DNA of 10,631 bases from Okeania sp. (lineage in GTDB: Bacteria > Cyanobacteriota > Cyanobacteriia > Cyanobacteriales > Microcoleaceae). Of this stretch, positions 6,532 through 10,631 are shown piece after piece (within the stretch, counting starts at the first letter, position 1; each line of letters starts with the position of its first letter). Made by a program: the position numbers and the translations under genes. The stretch is from the NCBI RefSeq assembly GCF_035285525.1, contig NZ_JAYKGW010000003.1, forward strand, positions 1-10,631. Reading direction: 5' to 3'. Under the pieces are notes generated by a model. The model saw only the letters and a list, made by a program, of their open reading frames with translations, did no database searches and was not told the origin of the DNA.

Positions 6532-6984
6532 ATGACATTAAATGAAAAAAAAGAGGAAAAATCTCAAACTCTCAAAAATGAATCTAACTCAGATAGTTGG
6601 ATAATAGGTAAAGAATTTAGATTTGAAGCTGCTCATCAACTACCTAATCACGATGGGAAATGTGCCAGATTACATGGCCATTCTTGGCGGGGTGTTATTT
6701 ATATTTTTGGTAATAAGTTGATAACTTCTGGAGCCAAACAGGGTATGATTATGGATTATGGAGATATTAAAAAATATATTAAACCCCTCCTTGATAATTA
6801 TTTAGATCATTATCATTTAAACGAAACTACAGGTTTAACTAATCCTACCAGTGAGGCGATCGCTAAATGGATTTATGAACAATTAGAAGATAAAATTCCA
6901 GGACTTGTAGCAGTTAGAATTGATGAAACTTGTACCAGTCAATGTATTTATTCAAAAGGAAAAATTGATTTTTTAATGTTTTGA
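6532..6984 (+). CDS. queD: 6-carboxy-5,6,7,8-tetrahydropterin synthase / 6-pyruvoyltetrahydropterin synthase family protein (QueD/PTPS)
   Basis: The protein is 150 aa. It has FRFEAAHQLPNHDGKCARLHGHSW (the CxxxHGH zinc/catalytic motif of the PTPS fold), GMIMDYGDIK and LDHYHLNE. Confidence 0.88.
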   Translation: MTLNEKKEEKSQTLKNESNSDSWIIGKEFRFEAAHQLPNHDGKCARLHGHSWRGVIYIFGNKLITSGAKQGMIMDYGDIKKYIKPLLDNYLDHYHLNETTGLTNPTSEAIAKWIYEQLEDKIPGLVAVRIDETCTSQCIYSKGKIDFLMF

Positions 6985-7124
6985 GGTAATAGAGAATAGG
7001 TTCATTAATTAATAATGAATAATTGATAACTACTTCTCGTTAAAATCATCAGATTTAATATCAGGAAATCTTATTTATTTTTATCAATTATCCATTGGTA
7101 AATTTTTCAATATAATAAGTAGTC

Positions 7125-7170
7125 GTGCAAAATAAATTTCCTAGTTGAGGGAGGAAATGGGGAACAGGAA
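7125..7170. repeat. Inverted copy of the 2588-2633 dispersed repeat
   Basis: GTGCAAAATAAATTTCCTAGTTGAG...AACAGGAA aligns with the reverse complement of 2588-2633 (GTGGAAAATAAATTTTCTAGTTGAG...AACAGGAA). Confidence 0.6.
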
Positions 7171-7417
7171 GAAAGAATTGATAACTTCTGGATCGAATTA
7201 GAGATATATAATAGTAATATGTAATTAATTTTTTATAAGCACTTATCTTCTGAGTTTTTTAATTAGGAGTTGCTGATTAAATCTCAAAGGATTAATATAT
7301 AAAATTTTTAGACTTCTTATACCTACAAAAGTACCTATTTTTTGTCTGAAAATGGTAAAATTTTGACTCTAATCAAATTAAAATTATTAGTGCAATAGTA
7401 TATAGAAATTTAGTGAA

Positions 7418-8380
7418 ATGAAAAAAACCATAGGAATTATTGGAGGAGGACCTGCTGGAATGTCTTGCGCACTCTGGTTAAAGTATTTAGGTTTTTCTCC
7501 AATTATTATTGAAAGAAAACAAAAACTGGGAGGTTTACAACAGTTAAGTAATTTTCAAAATGTCTGGTATTTAGGATTAATTGAAAAAACTGGATATGAA
7601 ATTGCTGAACAGTTTCGTCAACATATTAAAATAGAAGAAATTTCTACATTATTAGGTTCTCAACTTAAGAGTATTGTCAAAGATGGGGATAATTTTCAGA
7701 TATTTACTGAAGCAAAAGAAATTACAGCTCAAGGTTTAGTTATTGCTACAGGACAAAGAATTAAAGGATATGAAAGTATCAAGTTTATTGAGGGTAGTCA
7801 CGAACTTTTATCATCACAAGAAATATTCTTCGATCCTGGTACTACTCCTCTACTTACACCCCAGATGAATGATAAAATAGTTGCCATTGTTGGAGGAGGT
7901 GATAATGGGTTAGTAACAGCAATACGTTTCTCAGAAACTGCTAAACATATTCACCTATTTGTTCGTTCGCAAATGTGTGGTTTTAAGGTTAACCAAAAAA
8001 CAATTCACGATAAAATTGAAGCTGGTAAAATAACATTGCATCAACTAACAATTATTAATAGATTTGCCGTTCAGAATAATCAAATTTATATCACTTTTAG
8101 AGATGGAGAAAAACCAGAAGAAAAATTAGCATTTGACTCTCTATGTTTGAGAATTGGGTTTGCTCCAAATATAGAAGATATAGTGCAAATTTTTAATGAA
8201 GGAAACTTAGGCAATATTCAACTTAATGAAAAAGGATATATTTCTACAGATCAATTTTTACGGACTTCTATTCCTAACATTTATGTTGCTGGAGATGTAG
8301 CAAATCCCAGAGATCCCTGTGTAGCAACAGCAGTAGCTCAAGGTGCTATTGCTGCTAGAAGTATACAAGAAGATTTATAA
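7418..8380 (+). CDS. FAD/NAD(P)-binding oxidoreductase with a thioredoxin-reductase-like fold but no redox-active CxxC
   Basis: The protein is 320 aa. It has IGIIGGGPAGMSCA (FAD GxGxxG), VAIVGGGDNG (NAD(P)H GxGxxG) and IYVAGDVAN (C-terminal FAD motif). There is no Cys pair in the segment preceding the second GxGxxG, where TrxR carries CATC. Confidence 0.88.
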   Translation: MKKTIGIIGGGPAGMSCALWLKYLGFSPIIIERKQKLGGLQQLSNFQNVWYLGLIEKTGYEIAEQFRQHIKIEEISTLLGSQLKSIVKDGDNFQIFTEAKEITAQGLVIATGQRIKGYESIKFIEGSHELLSSQEIFFDPGTTPLLTPQMNDKIVAIVGGGDNGLVTAIRFSETAKHIHLFVRSQMCGFKVNQKTIHDKIEAGKITLHQLTIINRFAVQNNQIYITFRDGEKPEEKLAFDSLCLRIGFAPNIEDIVQIFNEGNLGNIQLNEKGYISTDQFLRTSIPNIYVAGDVANPRDPCVATAVAQGAIAARSIQEDL

Positions 8381-8392
8381 TCAGAAATTACG

Positions 8393-8643
8393 CAAAGAAA
8401 TCCGGTTTCTCGTAGTAGAAAGAAATCTGGTTTCTCGTAGTAGAAAGAAACCCGGTTTCTCGTAGAAAACGGGTTTCTGGGTTCTGATGAGGATAAAAAT
8501 TTACTGATTAATAATTATAAATAGTTTTTTAGAAAGAAACCCAGTTTCTCGTAGAAAGAAACCGGGTTTCTCCTAGAAAAAAACCCGGTTTCTAGGTTCC
8601 GATGAGGATAAAAATTTACTGATTAATAATTATAAATAGTTTT
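8393..8643. repeat. Composite repeat block. It holds three 25-bp tandem units of AGAAAGAAAYCYGGTTTCTCGTAGT and further degenerate palindromic copies, all nested in a ~115-bp duplication (8472-8528 is repeated at 8587-8643).
   Basis: GGTTTCTCGTAG occurs at 8404, 8429 and 8454 (25-bp period), with related copies at 8543, 8564 and 8587. The 57-bp segment GGTTTCTGGGTTCTGATGAGGATAAAAATTTACTGATTAATAATTATAAATAGTTTT recurs 115 bp downstream with 2 mismatches. Confidence 0.85.
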
Positions 8644-8694
8644 AATTATTAATTATCAATTATTCATTATTCCCTATTCCCTAAAAATATAAAA

Positions 8695-9324
8695 ATGAGT
8701 TTAACCAAAGAATTTAAAAGTAGATATCACGAGTCGCGGATGCAATATATGGCAACAGGAAAATCTCCCACCTGTTCAGTCATTTCTTCTCAAACACCTT
8801 ACTGGAAAAATAATCGACTTATTTTTCCTTTTTTAGTTGATGACTGGGAACATTTTTATTACGTTGACTTTCCTAAAAAATTTAAAAATACAGAAAATAC
8901 CTACCCATCTATTTTAATAGGAATAGCAATGGCAGAAATTTATCGCCTTTGTGAAATATGTACTCCTAAAATAGTAAAAGTACCTTGGTATAGTTGTCTT
9001 CAATGGGAAATAGATTGGTGGAATGAAGATATTTATTGGTATCTTCAGCAAAAGTTTTATCTGGAAAAATGGGATTGGGAAAAAATGCCTCCCATAGAGT
9101 TTTCTCCAAATTCAAATTATACAGAAAACTCTGCTTTTCCTTCTGTTAATGATACTTATCTTCTTGCAGTTAGTGGTGGTAAAGAAAGTACATTTGCTTT
9201 TGAGTGGATGCAGCAAGCAAACCTGCCCATAGAAGCATTTACTTTACATAATGCGGGAGGAATATTAGGTAATAAATGGCTGGAAAAATTCCCAGTATTT
9301 GACTATATTAAAAATCAAACTTAA
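8695..9324 (+). CDS. N-terminal part of a PP-loop (adenine nucleotide alpha-hydrolase superfamily) protein. It is probably the upstream half of a frameshifted gene.
   Basis: The ORF is 209 aa. A Trp-rich N-terminal region of unknown function is followed by LLAVSGGKEST (9172-9189 encodes SGGKES, a variant of the SGGxDS PP-loop). The ORF stops only 44 residues after the ATP-binding loop. Confidence 0.6.
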   Translation: MSLTKEFKSRYHESRMQYMATGKSPTCSVISSQTPYWKNNRLIFPFLVDDWEHFYYVDFPKKFKNTENTYPSILIGIAMAEIYRLCEICTPKIVKVPWYSCLQWEIDWWNEDIYWYLQQKFYLEKWDWEKMPPIEFSPNSNYTENSAFPSVNDTYLLAVSGGKESTFAFEWMQQANLPIEAFTLHNAGGILGNKWLEKFPVFDYIKNQT

Positions 9325-10081
9325 TCTATGGGAAATACAAGCTCATACCCAGGAAGAACCGGCTGAACATTTTGCTTATGAAGGTGTTCGTAATGATCCT
9401 ACTATTACTAATGCTCTGTTCATTATGATGATAATTGCTATGCAGCAAGGTCACCGATTTTTGATATTAGCAAATGATAAGAGTTCCAATGAATCTAATG
9501 CTACATATCAGGGGCGAGAAGTTAATCATCAAAGTGCTAAAGGAGCTGCTTATATAGAACGTTTTAATGATTTTTTAAAGCGCAAAGGTTTGCCTTTTGG
9601 TTATGTGAGTATTTGCGAAGAAGTTTATTCTATAGGTACGGTTCATCAGCTATCTTTATGGAACAAAAATATCTTAAATAACCTTACTTCTTGTAATGAA
9701 GCACAGTGGTCTCCAGAAGATGTGCGATGGTGTTGTAACTGTCCAAAATGTGCTTTTTCTTATGCTTTAATTGAATCTATGACGGATTACAGTTTTGCTT
9801 CTCAAGCAGTAGGAAAAGATTTATTTAGTCTGGCAGAACTTGAGAATATTTGGAAAGGTTTATTTGACCCAAATACGGAGAAACCATTTGAGTGTGTTGG
9901 TGAAAAACGTGAAACTTTAATGGCTTTAGTTAAATGCAAAAAACAACGTCTTAAAAATGGAGAACCTTTGGGTATTCTTGTGGAAATACCTGATGTTGAT
10001 TTTGATAATTCTTTTCTCAAAATATCTCCTCCTCAAAATATTCCAATTGAACATCAAGAAAAACTAAATTCTGTTAAGTAG
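9299..10081 (+). CDS. C-terminal part of the same PP-loop-type protein, with a Cys cluster. It lies in the +1 frame relative to 8695-9324.
   Basis: The ORF is 260 aa. Its only start is a TTG inside the upstream ORF, and the frame is open from 9269. It contains LILANDKSSNE, NHQSAKG and WCCNCPKC (9731-9751), which resembles the C-terminal metal-binding Cys clusters of some PP-loop enzymes. It would supply the rest of the nucleotide-binding fold missing from the upstream ORF. Confidence 0.6.
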   Translation: MTILKIKLNLWEIQAHTQEEPAEHFAYEGVRNDPTITNALFIMMIIAMQQGHRFLILANDKSSNESNATYQGREVNHQSAKGAAYIERFNDFLKRKGLPFGYVSICEEVYSIGTVHQLSLWNKNILNNLTSCNEAQWSPEDVRWCCNCPKCAFSYALIESMTDYSFASQAVGKDLFSLAELENIWKGLFDPNTEKPFECVGEKRETLMALVKCKKQRLKNGEPLGILVEIPDVDFDNSFLKISPPQNIPIEHQEKLNSVK

Positions 10082-10239
10082 GGAATAGGAAATGTAGTTA
10101 GTCTGGTAGTTGGTTGAAATACTTGAAGTTTTGGATTATAAAAAAAGGTAAAATTTTGCCATAAGAAGAATTATACGAAAAAGGTTAATGCAATATTTTA
10201 TATAATCTTCGGTTGAATAATTACACTTAGGAGGAGGAG

Positions 10240-10631
10240 GTGAGTCATCAAAATTGGCAATAGTTGCTGATCGAAAAAGTCGTTTATACATTTCCTTAAG
10301 CACCCCGGCACAGGGGGTGAGCCATCAAAATTGGCAATAGTTGCTTACAGAAAAAGTCGTTTATACATTTCCTGAAGCACCCCGACAGAGGAGGTGAGCC
10401 ATCAAAATTGGCAATAGTTGCTTACAGAAAAAGTCGTTTATACATTTCCTGAAGCACCCCAACAGAGGAGGTGAGTCATCAAAATTGGCAATAGTTGCTT
10501 ACAGAAAAAGTCGTTTATACATTTCCTTAAGCACCCCGACAAAGGAGGTGAGTCGTGAAAATTGGCAATAGTTGCTTACAGAAAAAGTCGTTTATACATT
10601 TCCTTAAGCACCCCGACAAAGGAGGTGAGTC
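10240..10631. repeat. Non-coding tandem array with a 77-bp period: five complete units (starts 10240, 10317, 10394, 10471, 10548) and the start of a sixth, continuing past the right edge
   Basis: GTGAG(T/C)C recurs at exact 77-bp intervals. The units differ only at unit positions 6, 8, 10, 30-33, 58, 68-69, 72 and 76. The period is not a multiple of 3, and no ORF of 60 aa or more lies in the array. Confidence 0.95.

Noticed and set aside
6718-7192. A 15-bp direct repeat, TTGATAACTTCTGGA, inside the QueD-like gene (6718-6732) and downstream of it (7178-7192)
   Set aside because: A single 15-mer match in a 10.6-kb AT-rich window is close to chance expectation, and the flanks do not extend the match.
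8484-8491. A hammerhead ribozyme core (CTGATGAG), preceded by a possible GGGTT/AACCC stem I
   Set aside because: There is no U at the position required before the cleavage site. No stem II hairpin followed by GAAA can be drawn. The duplicated copy at 8599-8606 reads CCGATGAG, which breaks the invariant core.
9802-10020. A 72-aa minus-strand ORF
   Set aside because: It lies antisense within the C-terminal PP-loop ORF and has no motif or ribosome-binding site.
6532-10081. Reading QueD plus the PP-loop gene as a queuosine/7-deazaguanine (preQ0) module
   Set aside because: The window has no radical-SAM QueE, QueF or TGT/DpdA. The PP-loop protein is about twice the size of QueC, with a foreign N-terminal region and SGGKES instead of the usual loop. 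The pterin (HPPK/DHPS-like) context fits better.
10240-10631. A CRISPR array interpretation of the right-edge repeats
   Set aside because: The whole 77-bp unit is repeated, with no unique spacers between conserved repeats, and no cas genes are present in the window.

Overview
This is an AT-rich window with five HIP1 octamers (GCGATCGC at 872, 2709, 2820, 5422 and 6856), so it is most likely cyanobacterial. All credible genes lie on the + strand and form a pterin-centred cluster. In order they are: folK (HPPK), an SDR reductase, a divergent dihydropteroate-synthase-like protein, a second SDR paralogue, a class I SAM methyltransferase, a SurE-like phosphatase, a QueD/PTPS-family pterin synthase, a thioredoxin-reductase-fold flavoprotein without the CxxC, and a PP-loop ATP-pyrophosphatase-type gene split across two reading frames. 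The first four genes are tightly spaced. The later genes are separated by long non-coding gaps (0.3-0.8 kb) full of a palindromic repeat family, MITE-like inverted-repeat modules, and inverted-repeat pairs that bracket gene modules. Both window edges carry long-period tandem arrays: a 69-bp period at the left, and a 77-bp period with 5 full units at the right that runs off the edge. My main hypothesis is an undescribed accessory pathway that builds a modified or conjugated pterin, rather than housekeeping folate or queuosine biosynthesis. I saw no rRNA, tRNA, CRISPR array, transposase or integrase gene. All protein-family calls rest on motifs read by eye from the translations, not on searches.
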